Source: Cyanophyceae cyanobacterium
Lineage (GTDB): Bacteria > Cyanobacteriota > Cyanobacteriia > Cyanobacteriales > Laspinemataceae
Assembly (NCBI GenBank): GCA_038321985.1
Contig: JBBQFN010000019.1
Location: 42,042-106,041 of the forward strand
Direction: 5' to 3'
Length of the DNA: 64,000 bases
The position numbers and the translations under genes are program-made. The notes beneath the pieces are model-generated. The model was not told the origin of the DNA. It did no database searches and saw only the letters and a list, made by a program, of their open reading frames with translations. Shown here piece by piece: positions 28,804 to 38,835 of the stretch; positions within the stretch are counted from its first letter, which is position 1; the number at the start of each line of letters is the position of its first letter.

Positions 28804-29904
28804 ATGTTATTTAATAGCCTTCCTTTTTTAATTTTAGTTCTTATAACTTTTTTTATTTACTACCTTCCGAAATTTCAAAGATTTCAAGTCCTGATTCTAA
28901 TTGTAGCCAGCTTTATATTTTATGCTTGGAGTTCTCCCTCGTTACTGTTACTGCTATGCTTGTCAATTTTGCTCAATACTATCACTAGCTTCAAAGTTAC
29001 TAAAAACGATGATAGAAAAAGACGGCTGTTTTGGGCTACATTAGGAGTCGTCGGTAACGTCCTTGTCCTCGGTCTATTCAAGTATGGTTCGTTACTGACC
29101 CACCTGGGAATAAAAATATTTAATGTGGGTCAGCCACAGCCGGAAATTATTTCATTACTTTTATACTTCCCCTTACCTATTGGAATTTCGTTTTACACCT
29201 TTCAGGGAATTAGTCTAGTGATAGATGTCCTTCGGAACGAAGAAGTAAGTACGGAAACTATCTCAGTTAAACAATCTGTTGCTCCCGGTAATTTTAGAGA
29301 CTATCTGTTGAATACGGCTTTTTTTATCTCCTTCTTTCCTCAGTTAGTGGCAGGGCCGATTGTCAAAGCCAAAGATTTTTATTATCAGATTAAGCCTAAA
29401 TATCTGAAAGAATTTCAAGGGGAGATAGTCTTTCGATACCTAACCACTGGCTATTTTTTTAAAATGGTTATAGCCGATAACTTAAAAGACTATACGTTCT
29501 GGATAGACTATCCCTACTACCAAAGACTGGGAACTGTAACGAACCTTGTCTTGTTGTTTGGTTACTCCATGCAAATTTTTGCAGATTTTGCGGGGTACTC
29601 TCTGATCGCGATCGGACTTGCTGCAGTGTTCGGCTACTTTCTCCCCCAAAACTTTAATTTTCCCTATATTTCTCTCTCAATTACTGAATTTTGGAGGCGT
29701 TGGCACATTTCTTTATCAACTTGGTTGAGAGAATATTTATATATTCCGTTGGGTGGCAACCGGAAGGGACAAACCCGAACTTATCTCAACCTTATGCTAG
29801 TCATGACTTTAGGGGGAATGTGGCATGGAGCGGCCTGGAGTTATGCTGTGTGGGGAATTTTTCATGGAGTTGGGTTAGCTGTAGAACGATATAATGGGAA
29901 TTGA
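28804..29904 (+). CDS. MBOAT O-acyltransferase (AlgI/PatA/DltB-like), N-terminal part of a split or frameshifted gene
   Basis: LPIGISFYTFQ, FFPQLVAGPI, DFAGYS, NFNFPY..S..EFWRRWHISLS.WLREYLYIPLGG and GMWHGA (catalytic His). Ends early at ERYNGN*. Confidence 0.85.
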   Translation: MLFNSLPFLILVLITFFIYYLPKFQRFQVLILIVASFIFYAWSSPSLLLLLCLSILLNTITSFKVTKNDDRKRRLFWATLGVVGNVLVLGLFKYGSLLTHLGIKIFNVGQPQPEIISLLLYFPLPIGISFYTFQGISLVIDVLRNEEVSTETISVKQSVAPGNFRDYLLNTAFFISFFPQLVAGPIVKAKDFYYQIKPKYLKEFQGEIVFRYLTTGYFFKMVIADNLKDYTFWIDYPYYQRLGTVTNLVLLFGYSMQIFADFAGYSLIAIGLAAVFGYFLPQNFNFPYISLSITEFWRRWHISLSTWLREYLYIPLGGNRKGQTRTYLNLMLVMTLGGMWHGAAWSYAVWGIFHGVGLAVERYNGN

Positions 29905-30304
29905 GAAAAAAGTTAACTCTACTCCCAATTCATCTTTTTGGCAGCAGGGTCTAATCGATTCGTTGAGAATTACTTTTGTTTTCTGTTTCGTTTCAACAGG
30001 ATGGCTGTTGTTTAAATTGCCACATTTTAGTAACGCCCTTGATTTTATTATTACCTTGTTTCGGAATGTCAACATTAAACCTGGGTTAAGCTATATTGTT
30101 CCAGTGATGATTTTCTCATTGCCAGTGATTCTTTATCACCTTCCGCATTTTCCCCCTATGCAAAGGACAATCCAAATTCATGGAGATCTCTACTCTACCC
30201 AACCCTGGAGAAAATTATGTAGCGATCTAATTTTCGGAATAATGCTCGTCTTATTATTTCTCAACAGTGGTAGTGCCAATGAGTTTATTTACTTCCAATT
30301 CTAA
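29894..30304 (+). CDS. MBOAT C-terminal membrane fragment ending in FIYFQF (+1 frame relative to upstream ORF)
   Basis: TFVFCFVSTGWLLFK and NEFIYFQF* parallel the C-terminus of the intact paralog at 35042-36448. Confidence 0.75.
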   Translation: MGIEKKVNSTPNSSFWQQGLIDSLRITFVFCFVSTGWLLFKLPHFSNALDFIITLFRNVNIKPGLSYIVPVMIFSLPVILYHLPHFPPMQRTIQIHGDLYSTQPWRKLCSDLIFGIMLVLLFLNSGSANEFIYFQF

Positions 30305-31226
30305 CGAGTTTTTGCCTTTTTCTTTCAATCAATCCATGCGATCGCTGTTACCGCCTTTTTTAGTTTGTCTGTTTTTTTTGGCCTTGTACTATACTCTAGT
30401 CATAGGGGGAGTTGTGCCGTCGAGCGATGGGATTAATCAACGCCAAGTAAACCATATTAAAGCTGAACGATATATTTATAGTAATTTGATTCCCAACATA
30501 GTTCTTTCAGGTAGTTCGATGACAGCAGAACTATTAGAAAAATACTTCGATGTTACTACAGTGACCAATATTGCCCTATCGGGGAACAGTAGTAAAACTG
30601 GATTAGAACTGGTTACTCTTCAAAACAAAAAACCCGATATTTTTCTAGTTGAGCTTAACTATACCATTGCTCTAGAAACCGACCTGGAAATAATGGATGC
30701 ACTTAAAAACCCCTTATTAAGGATTTTTAAAACTTACTTCCCAATTTTTAGAGAAGAATACCAACCCGTCAGTGTCCTTGTTCACTATCTAAAAAATTCA
30801 TCCGGGAGAAATGCAGATTCGGAATCATCTCAAATTACCAATCAAGAATTAAGAGAAAGATTAGTCGCCCACATTATAGAGGGATCTCAGGAGACTTTAT
30901 CCCCAGACTTAAAACAACGGATTATAGAAGAATCCGAAGTTATCAAAAAGCAGCTTGCCGAACTTCAGAAAAAAGGCGTTCGTGTTGTTTTATTTAATGT
31001 CCCTAGCGAAAAGCGGATTGCTAACACACCTCGAAGGCAGCAGGAACGATTACTGATCCGATCGCTATTTCCCTCAAATAGCTTTGAATGGTTGCCCGAA
31101 CCGATCACAGAGGATTGGATAACTTATGACGGCGTTCACTTAGTTAGTCCCGACGCCAAAAAATTTGCGCGATTTATCCAAGATCAACTGATAGATTCTG
31201 ACCAATTCAACACCGGGACAATGTGA
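30279..31226 (+). CDS. SGNH-like periplasmic acyltransferase partner (AlgJ/PatB/DltD-like)
   Basis: ATG overlaps the FIYFQF codons; N-terminal TM segment; GSSMT (catalytic Ser) and DGVHL (DxxH). Confidence 0.7.
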   Translation: MSLFTSNSNEFLPFSFNQSMRSLLPPFLVCLFFLALYYTLVIGGVVPSSDGINQRQVNHIKAERYIYSNLIPNIVLSGSSMTAELLEKYFDVTTVTNIALSGNSSKTGLELVTLQNKKPDIFLVELNYTIALETDLEIMDALKNPLLRIFKTYFPIFREEYQPVSVLVHYLKNSSGRNADSESSQITNQELRERLVAHIIEGSQETLSPDLKQRIIEESEVIKKQLAELQKKGVRVVLFNVPSEKRIANTPRRQQERLLIRSLFPSNSFEWLPEPITEDWITYDGVHLVSPDAKKFARFIQDQLIDSDQFNTGTM

Positions 31227-31376
31227 TGTGATTAGAAGACAATTATGGGACTTCAAAAAAATATTCCCCGCTTAATTAGGTAAACTACTGAAACAGCATT
31301 AAATCTCATCGGGAGTCCAAAGACCCTTGCCGGTAAGATTAGCGGGGCCTTAATTATTAAGATTTTTGAATAGCGC

Positions 31377-31504
31377 TAAGTAGGCACAAATAATTAAAAT
31401 GAACACTGAAATTAAAGGAAATTTTTGGGGTCATTTTCACAGAATAGGGAATCCATAAATTTTTTTTCGGAGCAGAGTTAGATTTAATCAGACCCGCCTA
31501 CTTA
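31377..31504. mobile_element. MITE-like element (TAAGTAGG-end family)
   Basis: Perfect 9-bp inverted ends TAAGTAGGC / GCCTACTTA with internal ATTAAA / TTTAAT; 128 bp, no ORF. Confidence 0.55.
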
Positions 31505-31704
31505 TACCCCTGTAATACTCATGTAATATAGCAATCAGCATAATAGATTAGTATTTTTGAATATCTTCTAATCCAGATTAAACCCTTGCTTTTAAAAATT
31601 TCCGAGACTGTCAAGTTTGCGCAGAAAATTATCAAACACATCCAGGAGAGTGAGTCAATTCTTGCTGAGTTAAAACTTCCTTAAAAACGCCCCAAATGTA
31701 AAGA

Positions 31705-33057
31705 TTAGCTTTTAGATCGTAGATAAGCCTCAGGTCTTTGCTCAGGAATCTGCTGGATTGGGTGGCTCTGATTAAATTTATGCGGCCACTCTATGGGCAT
31801 GACGATAATTATCGTAAACAGCAACCAATAAATGCTATATCCTGTAAGCAGTACGGTTTGAGTCTGGTTCATAAGTACAAAATAAGTCAAAAACCCTATC
31901 GGCCAAATACCTTCAATGCCCGGTTTAACTCTTATCCAGTTTATAGCCCGTAAAAATGCTATTGCAAATATAATTGCAAATAAAAATGCTCCAATAACAC
32001 CCAATTCTAGTACCAGATCTAAGAACCCATTATGGCCATGATCGGGTTTCCAGACAATTGTTCGGAGGATACTTGCGTGTTCTGGACTCGCCCATCTTTG
32101 GTAAAATCCATGAAATCCGTAGCCAATCCACGGATGTTCTTGTATTCGCTCAATTACAATGTTCCATAAAGGAATCCGTCCGTTAAGATTGGGATCTTTA
32201 TCAATTGAAGCTAAAGCTGCATCCCAGTTATCATCCAGAAAAATCGCCCCTACGGTGCTAGATAATAATACAATAAGATATAAAGGAATGGCAATTACGA
32301 TATTCCATCGAAAAAGTCTATTAAATGGAGCAATCGCCAAAAGAAAAAATAAGCTAACTAAGGCACTTTTTGATTCTGAACCTAAAATTAGATAAATAGC
32401 AAATATCAGACCGCCTAGGGACAGCCACCGGTTCTTAGGGTTCGTAAAAATATTAGCTGTTAAAAATATTCCTGCAATCACCATAATCCGGCCTAGAGTA
32501 TTTTTATGAATAAATAGACCCCGCCATAGTCCACTATTGGGGCCGCTTGGAGTAATGCCTATACTCGGAATTGCAAAGACATACAGGAGACTCAATAATG
32601 CTTCTAACCCAAAGACAAAGGTTATCATGTGAGTTAATTCTTTAAATTTATAGCGAGAAACAAAATAAATACCAAATAAGCTAGTTTCAGCTATTCGAAT
32701 AGCTTGATAGCGAGTTTCATACGAAAATCGAGACCATACACCTGATAACCAAAGAAACCCTAAAAATATTAAAAGGGGTTTGGCTTGCAGCATAATTCGG
32801 AGAGAGCGTCTCCACTGCAAAATCATAATAACTAATACAATAAATATATTTAACTTCCACAAATAAAACTCTAACCTTCTAATCCAGCCATATCCAGCAT
32901 TACTGTAAACTGGTATGAATGCTTCTGTAAAAAGGACAAGAAGAAAAACGCCGAATATTTTTTCAAATTTTAAACCTATCTTTATCAAAGAGGCAATTGA
33001 CTGAGGCACGAATCTTTCAGTGTAATGCATATTTAAATTCCCGTTTTTTTTGACCAT
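31705..33057 (-). CDS. O-antigen ligase / Wzy polymerase family membrane protein
   Basis: Many TM helices; WRGLFIHKNTLG, SESKSA, LNGRIPLW, PWIGYG, HGHNGFLDLVLELGVIG. Confidence 0.88.
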   Translation of the reverse strand: MVKKNGNLNMHYTERFVPQSIASLIKIGLKFEKIFGVFLLVLFTEAFIPVYSNAGYGWIRRLEFYLWKLNIFIVLVIMILQWRRSLRIMLQAKPLLIFLGFLWLSGVWSRFSYETRYQAIRIAETSLFGIYFVSRYKFKELTHMITFVFGLEALLSLLYVFAIPSIGITPSGPNSGLWRGLFIHKNTLGRIMVIAGIFLTANIFTNPKNRWLSLGGLIFAIYLILGSESKSALVSLFFLLAIAPFNRLFRWNIVIAIPLYLIVLLSSTVGAIFLDDNWDAALASIDKDPNLNGRIPLWNIVIERIQEHPWIGYGFHGFYQRWASPEHASILRTIVWKPDHGHNGFLDLVLELGVIGAFLFAIIFAIAFLRAINWIRVKPGIEGIWPIGFLTYFVLMNQTQTVLLTGYSIYWLLFTIIIVMPIEWPHKFNQSHPIQQIPEQRPEAYLRSKS

Positions 33058-33078
33058 AGTTGGAAAAATAAGGCAGAA

Positions 33079-33235
33079 TATAGCAATCCTAAATAATTTG
33101 TAACCAAACTAATGAGCAAGATGCAAAGGCTGCGGCATGGCTAAAGCAAGTAGGCAGGAGTAAAGCGAACGCTGTGCGGCACTCCCAAGGCTCTCCAGCT
33201 TGGATCCAGGACAGAACTGATTTAACACTGCTATA
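33079..33235. mobile_element. MITE-like element (TATAGC-end family)
   Basis: TATAGCAATCCTAAAT ... ATTTAACACTGCTATA ends; shares GAGCAAGATG and GCACTCC with the 28403 element. Confidence 0.6.
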
Positions 33236-33525
33236 TAACAAGTTTCCATGAATTAAGTTACCCTCAAAAATTAACCCATTTATAGGGCAAATGTCTTCAG
33301 TTACCCCCGTCAATTTATTACATCTGTATCCTACCTGAGTTTCTCCGAGTCAAGGTGCATCTCGTCTGCAAAAATGTTTCCATCTTTTGCTGGTAAAAAG
33401 ATTTCCTTAATGATATCTAAATTTTTACCAAGGACAACGCGAAAAAGGTGATCAAACCAAGACTTCCTTCTCCTCAGCCTAAATAAGGTAATCTTATCAA
33501 CCTAACGCCCCCAGAGTCATTCCAC

Positions 33526-33554
33526 TTGACAAATTCAAGTTTTATCGCTATCAT
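33526..33554 (+). promoter_or_regulatory. Near-consensus sigma70-type promoter
   Basis: TTGACA (33526-33531), 17 bp spacer, TATCAT (33549-33554). Confidence 0.65.
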
Positions 33555-33938
33555 GGCGTCAACCATAATTACGCTCCCTGTATGAATCTCACGGGGTTCG
33601 CTCTGACCTTTCCGAGCTGGAAACTGGGGTAGTAAGTTAGGCTATATAATTGTAATGCTTTTCCCCTAAAAACCGCAATCCGACCGATACGATAGACCAA
33701 TAGAGGCTTGTAAAGCAGTTAAGGATCTCCATTTCTAACAGGAGCCTGTGCCCCAAATGGTTTAATAAAAAAACATAGATTTTTTACGTGGCTATCTCCC
33801 TTACAATCTGGTAATCCAGTGGTCCCCATCTTGTTGCTATTTAATGATTGGGACTATGTATTATGTCACTCCCCTGAGATAAGTTACCTAACGATGACAT
33901 TCCAGCAACGGTAGACCATTAGATGGAGTAGGTGTGAA

Positions 33939-35045
33939 ATGAAGAAGGCTGCTGTAAAAAAAGGTCGGTTTTCCAGGTCTCTCCTGTATGTATTTTACTG
34001 TACAGTATTTTTCTCCACCCTGAGTACAGGGTGCTTTATTATGGGTAAGGTTTTTCCTTATTCTGATATACCTTTAGATATTCCAGTTGCCTCCCGTAAA
34101 TTAAAATATTTTGCAGAATATAAAGATGAATACAGTGTGATTTTTATCGGTTCTAGTCGGACGTATCGCCATATCATGCCTGACGTATTCGATAGCGTTA
34201 TCGCTAGCCAAGGATATCCGATTAAATCTTTTAACCTGGGCATTCCAGCACTTTCCTTATCAGAAGCCCATTTCTATCTAAATAAAATTTTAGATATGTC
34301 ACCTAATAATTTAAAATATGTGTTTATTGAATATTTAGAGGGATTTATAGTTAGAACTGAAAATTTTTCAACTTCCCGAGAAATATATTGGCACACTTGG
34401 GAGCAAAGCTCGTTTGTTATTAATCTGATTTTAAAATCAGATTATAACCCTATTCTTAAAATTAAAGCTATATACAGTCATTCAATTCCTTTGATGTATC
34501 ACCTGACTAATACAGGTTTAGGTGCTAATTTTATCCAAAAATTTTTTTTTGGAGATTATCAACAAAAGCTGGTAGACAAAGTAGATCCGAATGGCCCTTT
34601 GAAAAATGGATTTCTTTCTCTAGAAGAAGAGGCAAAAATCGACGAATATTATCAGAATCGCAATCAAGATTATTTGAATAATATTGATTCTTATGAAGCT
34701 ATAGTGGATTCTTTAAAAAGGGAAAAGGTTTCTCTATCTCCGAGTAAACCCCATACATTAGAAGTTCTAGGCGAAATGATTGAAAATGTAGAAGAGAAAG
34801 GGGCTACTCCTATATTTCTTCTATCTCCGGGGCTGGATAAGCAGGCAGATCTCATTCGAGCTTATGCCGAAGGATATATTCCTGAGCTATTTGTATTTAA
34901 TGATCCCAGTCAATTTCAAAACTTGTACCAGGCGAATAAAAGATTTGATAGAGATCACCTCAATAACGAAGGGGCCCTCGAATATACGAACTTACTGGCA
35001 CAGCAGTTTGCACTTCATCTCAAAAGAACGGAGGATTTTAGATGA
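33939..35045 (+). CDS. SGNH-like periplasmic acyltransferase partner
   Basis: N-terminal TM segment; IFIGSSRT, SFNLGIPA, DRDHLNNEGA. ATGA overlap with the next MBOAT. Confidence 0.75.
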   Translation: MKKAAVKKGRFSRSLLYVFYCTVFFSTLSTGCFIMGKVFPYSDIPLDIPVASRKLKYFAEYKDEYSVIFIGSSRTYRHIMPDVFDSVIASQGYPIKSFNLGIPALSLSEAHFYLNKILDMSPNNLKYVFIEYLEGFIVRTENFSTSREIYWHTWEQSSFVINLILKSDYNPILKIKAIYSHSIPLMYHLTNTGLGANFIQKFFFGDYQQKLVDKVDPNGPLKNGFLSLEEEAKIDEYYQNRNQDYLNNIDSYEAIVDSLKREKVSLSPSKPHTLEVLGEMIENVEEKGATPIFLLSPGLDKQADLIRAYAEGYIPELFVFNDPSQFQNLYQANKRFDRDHLNNEGALEYTNLLAQQFALHLKRTEDFR

Positions 35046-36448
35046 TTTTCAGCGAGTTTAGGTTTTTCATTTTCTTTGCCATTGTTTTCTCTATTTATTG
35101 GAGCCTTCCCAAAAATTCATCTCGAAAAGTTTGGTTGCTGTTGTGCAGCTATGCTTTTTACGGCGCCTGGGATTGGCGTTTTTTGTCCTTAATATTTGCG
35201 TCAACGATTATCGATTACGGTGTGGGAGTCATGATTTCCAAAACTTCACATCCTAAATATCGTAAAGGTTTGCTGATGTTAAGTCTTTGCAGTAACTTGG
35301 GGTTACTAGGTTTATTTAAATATTATAACTTTTTTGCGGATTCAGCTGCATCTTTTATGGCATTTTTGGGTTGGCAGGTGCAGTCGCACACCCTAGAAAT
35401 TATTCTTCCAGTAGGAATCAGCTTCTATACTTTTCAGACATTAAGTTATTCAATTGATGTGTATTGGGGTAAACTTAAAGCTGTAGAAAACTTTTTAGAC
35501 CTCGCGCTTTATGTTAGCTTTTTCCCCCAACTGGTAGCCGGACCCATTGTTCGTGCATCTACTTTTCTACCCCAACTCCATACAGCTCGAAAGTTTTCAA
35601 AGGTAGATTTCCGATATTTTTTAATCCTTTTTTTAGTAGGCTTTATTAAAAAGGCTTGCATTTCTGATAATTTAGCGCCCCTTGTAGATCGGTATTTTAG
35701 TAGTCCAGAAACCTACACAGCATTTAGTTCTTGGTTAGGCGTTGTGTCCTACACTGTCCAAATCTATTGCGATTTTTCAGGTTATTCCGATATGGCGATC
35801 GCCACTTCTGGTTTCCTGGGTTATGAATTATGCTTAAACTTTGATTTTCCTTATTTTGCAACGAATATCACCAGCTTCTGGAGGCGCTGGCATATTAGCC
35901 TCTCCTCGTGGCTACGGGATTATCTTTATATTCCTTTGGGAGGTAATCGCGGCACTAAACTCTTTATTTATAAAAATTTAATGCTAACGATGCTATTAGG
36001 AGGATTGTGGCATGGAGCCTCCTGGAATTTTGTAATTTGGGGGGGTTTGCATGGTATAGCATTAATTGCCCACCGGGAATGGTCTCGGATGACTCATTCA
36101 TATAAGCAACTGCCAATTTTAAGAAATTTAATGGGTCTGGTACTAACCTTTTACTGGGTCTGTCTGACTTGGATCTTTTTTCGAGCGGTTGATCTTAAAA
36201 CGGCTCTGACAGTTCTGAAGTCCTTTGTACTCTTGGATTCGAGCGGCTCTATAGATATGGGCATTGGATTGCTATGGATCTTCGTTCCTCTGACAATCGC
36301 CCATTGGTGCGCGTACCGGCGCCTATTATCAGATTGGTGGAGGCGGATTCCAGGTTGGAGTTTTGCTGCATTTTATGGGCTGGCATTTTCCGCTATTCTA
36401 CCTTTTGTTTCAACTAGCTATACTCCTTTTATTTACTTCCAGTTTTAA
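35042..36448 (+). CDS. MBOAT O-acyltransferase (AlgI/PatA-like), intact
   Basis: LPVGISFYTFQ, FFPQLVAGPI, DFSGYSD, FWRRWHISLS, GLWHGA, C-terminal PFIYFQF. Confidence 0.93.
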   Translation: MIFSEFRFFIFFAIVFSIYWSLPKNSSRKVWLLLCSYAFYGAWDWRFLSLIFASTIIDYGVGVMISKTSHPKYRKGLLMLSLCSNLGLLGLFKYYNFFADSAASFMAFLGWQVQSHTLEIILPVGISFYTFQTLSYSIDVYWGKLKAVENFLDLALYVSFFPQLVAGPIVRASTFLPQLHTARKFSKVDFRYFLILFLVGFIKKACISDNLAPLVDRYFSSPETYTAFSSWLGVVSYTVQIYCDFSGYSDMAIATSGFLGYELCLNFDFPYFATNITSFWRRWHISLSSWLRDYLYIPLGGNRGTKLFIYKNLMLTMLLGGLWHGASWNFVIWGGLHGIALIAHREWSRMTHSYKQLPILRNLMGLVLTFYWVCLTWIFFRAVDLKTALTVLKSFVLLDSSGSIDMGIGLLWIFVPLTIAHWCAYRRLLSDWWRRIPGWSFAAFYGLAFSAILPFVSTSYTPFIYFQF

Positions 36449-36454
36449 TTTCAA

Positions 36455-37714
36455 TTAATTTCCCACCCTGGGGGCTACCATATCCTTAAACACAGATAAG
36501 TAACTTTGGGCTTGTCTTTGTAATGTAAATTCTCGCTGGGCTTTATCCCTAGCCTGATAGGACAGTTTTTCATGCCGTTCAGGGCTTTCTAACAGCCAAA
36601 CAATTCCCTGTGCTAATTCTTCAATATCGTAAGGTGGGACTAAATATCCATTCTTCTGGTGTTCGATGAGATCGGGCATTCCGCCGATATTAAAAGCAAC
36701 ACAGGGAGTTCCACAGGCGAGCGCTTCAAGGACCGTATTGGGTAAGTTATCCTGAACTGAAGGCGCGACAAATGCATCGGATGCAGCATAAACCAGTGCT
36801 AGAGAAAGGTCATCGTTGAGCTTGCCTAAGTAGTGGCATTTAAACCCTAAATCGGTCCCATCTTTTGAACCAGAGGAGCCAAATACAACCAGTTCTATCC
36901 GTTCTTGCCATCCCGACTGATTAAGGCGTTCTAAAGCAGGCTGCAATAAATGAAATCCTTTTCGACGATCGCTCGTTGCACCCATCGCCCCAAACAGAAT
37001 CAAATGCTTCTCTTGAGGCAATTGAAGTAATTTTCGTGCCGTAACTCGGTCGATTGGTCTATATTTTTCGGTATCAATTCCATTGGGAATGACTTCCACT
37101 CTCGTTTCTTTAAACAGCGAACTCGATCTGACGCATTGAGCAAGCCATTGGCTGGGGGTCACGATTGTCAAACTTAGATTTTTCCAAGCTTTGGCTTTTC
37201 GATTCCAAACCCAACGAGAGAGGTCCCTGCTTTTATCACTTTGGAGTTGCGGGCAGTTCCCACAGGATTCCTGATAGCGCTGGCATTGTTCGCTATAATT
37301 ACATCCTCCGGTAAAGGCCCACATATCATGGAAAGTCCAGACTAACGGTTTGTTTAACTGGGCGAGAGTTTCAATCTGCATATATCCTCGACAGATCCAA
37401 TGCAGGTTAATCACGTCGGGCTCCAGTTTGCGAATCTTAGAGTGGATTCTATCAGGAACCCATCCAGGCCAAAACATGGTTTCTTTGCTTTTAGGATATA
37501 ACTTGACAGGCAAAGCATCGAAGGTTTCTCTAAAATTGACTAACTTCTTTCCTATATTTCCAGGGGTCCCAATTACAAAACTATCATCGCTTAATTTATT
37601 CTGAACCAACATTTCGGAGGCAACACCAATTCCCTGCAAACCCTGATGCAGCCGATAGGCAGCACGATCAGCCCCAAACTCCAGATCAGCTCGACAAAGT
37701 AGCACAGGTTTCAT
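36455..37714 (-). CDS. Glycosyltransferase family 4 (WcaC-like)
   Basis: GADRAAYRLH, WTFHDMWAFTGGC, RKGF, QDNLPNTVLEALACGTP. Confidence 0.9.
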   Translation of the reverse strand: MKPVLLCRADLEFGADRAAYRLHQGLQGIGVASEMLVQNKLSDDSFVIGTPGNIGKKLVNFRETFDALPVKLYPKSKETMFWPGWVPDRIHSKIRKLEPDVINLHWICRGYMQIETLAQLNKPLVWTFHDMWAFTGGCNYSEQCQRYQESCGNCPQLQSDKSRDLSRWVWNRKAKAWKNLSLTIVTPSQWLAQCVRSSSLFKETRVEVIPNGIDTEKYRPIDRVTARKLLQLPQEKHLILFGAMGATSDRRKGFHLLQPALERLNQSGWQERIELVVFGSSGSKDGTDLGFKCHYLGKLNDDLSLALVYAASDAFVAPSVQDNLPNTVLEALACGTPCVAFNIGGMPDLIEHQKNGYLVPPYDIEELAQGIVWLLESPERHEKLSYQARDKAQREFTLQRQAQSYLSVFKDMVAPRVGN

Positions 37715-37848
37715 GGCTTGTTATTCTCCCTTAGGCTAGTTAACAAATGGGTCATAATTTCTATCATACCTGGTTCGTTATTTTTCAGGTAAATAATATT
37801 AAGATTAATTATGGTGAATAAAAGGGGTATTCAGTAGATTAAAATTTT

Positions 37849-38775
37849 TTAGTTTTTGATTTGTTTTCGGTCCCACTTTAAAAATTTTTTTACTTGTTTA
37901 CGTCGGCTGTTTGGAAGCATCACCTTAGACATCAAAAATCCGCACCTCTGAAAAGAGATGACTCCATGCCATGCCGCATCAATGATTAACTGGAGAGCAT
38001 AAAGCGGTTGTTGCTCGCTTTCAATCAGCTGCCGCACTACCTCTTTTATCAAAAAACCTTTAGTCGCTTGAGTGGATATTTCGGATTCGTATTCCCGAAT
38101 CCAGTTTAATGAAAATTTGTAATCGGATAAATTTGATATTCGCTCAGTATCCAGATCATTATCCCAAAGCGTTAAAGGCTGGTTTAAAAACGAAAATAGC
38201 GCTCCATTTTTCTCTAGCCTTAAATATAAATCTACATCTTGATGCTTTTTCAGATCTGGGCGAAATAGAGTAGACAAAGCGAGTGTTCGCGGCAGCATTA
38301 AGGTACTGGTTAATATTTCCCCCCCGTTGACAAATAAATAATCAGCCACAGGTTCAGTATCTATTTTACCCCGCCCTGGTAAAATAGATACTTGATAGCT
38401 GTTTTGCGATGTAAATTGAGTGTAGCTGACTGCTTTTTCACCTTGCTCGCAATTTTTTAGTGACCTAAGCTGTAACTCTATTTTATTAGGCAGCCATTGA
38501 TCATCAGAATCCAAAAAAGTAACATACTTACCAGTCACGGCCTTAATCCCTGTATTACGAGCAGTACCACCCCCATAATTGGTTGGATGCCGAATGTAGC
38601 GAATACGAGGATCGGCAATAATTTTGATAACTTCTTCAGTATTATCAGTAGAAGCATCATCCACGATAATAATTTCTAGATTCCTATAGGACTGCTTGAT
38701 TACACTGTCAAGGGTGCGACGAATTAAATGGGCGCGGTTATAGGTAGGAATAATTACGCTTACTAATGGTTCCAA
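37849..38775 (-). CDS. Glycosyltransferase family 2
   Basis: VSVIIPTYNR, VDDAS, ARNTG, FLDSDD; TTG start with AGGAGGAG RBS. Confidence 0.92.
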   Translation of the reverse strand: MEPLVSVIIPTYNRAHLIRRTLDSVIKQSYRNLEIIIVDDASTDNTEEVIKIIADPRIRYIRHPTNYGGGTARNTGIKAVTGKYVTFLDSDDQWLPNKIELQLRSLKNCEQGEKAVSYTQFTSQNSYQVSILPGRGKIDTEPVADYLFVNGGEILTSTLMLPRTLALSTLFRPDLKKHQDVDLYLRLEKNGALFSFLNQPLTLWDNDLDTERISNLSDYKFSLNWIREYESEISTQATKGFLIKEVVRQLIESEQQPLYALQLIIDAAWHGVISFQRCGFLMSKVMLPNSRRKQVKKFLKWDRKQIKN

Positions 38776-38835
38776 CTTAACTCTCCTCCTTAGTCATTCA
38801 AATTTTATGATCCTACTTTCGTTCGGGGACGGAAT

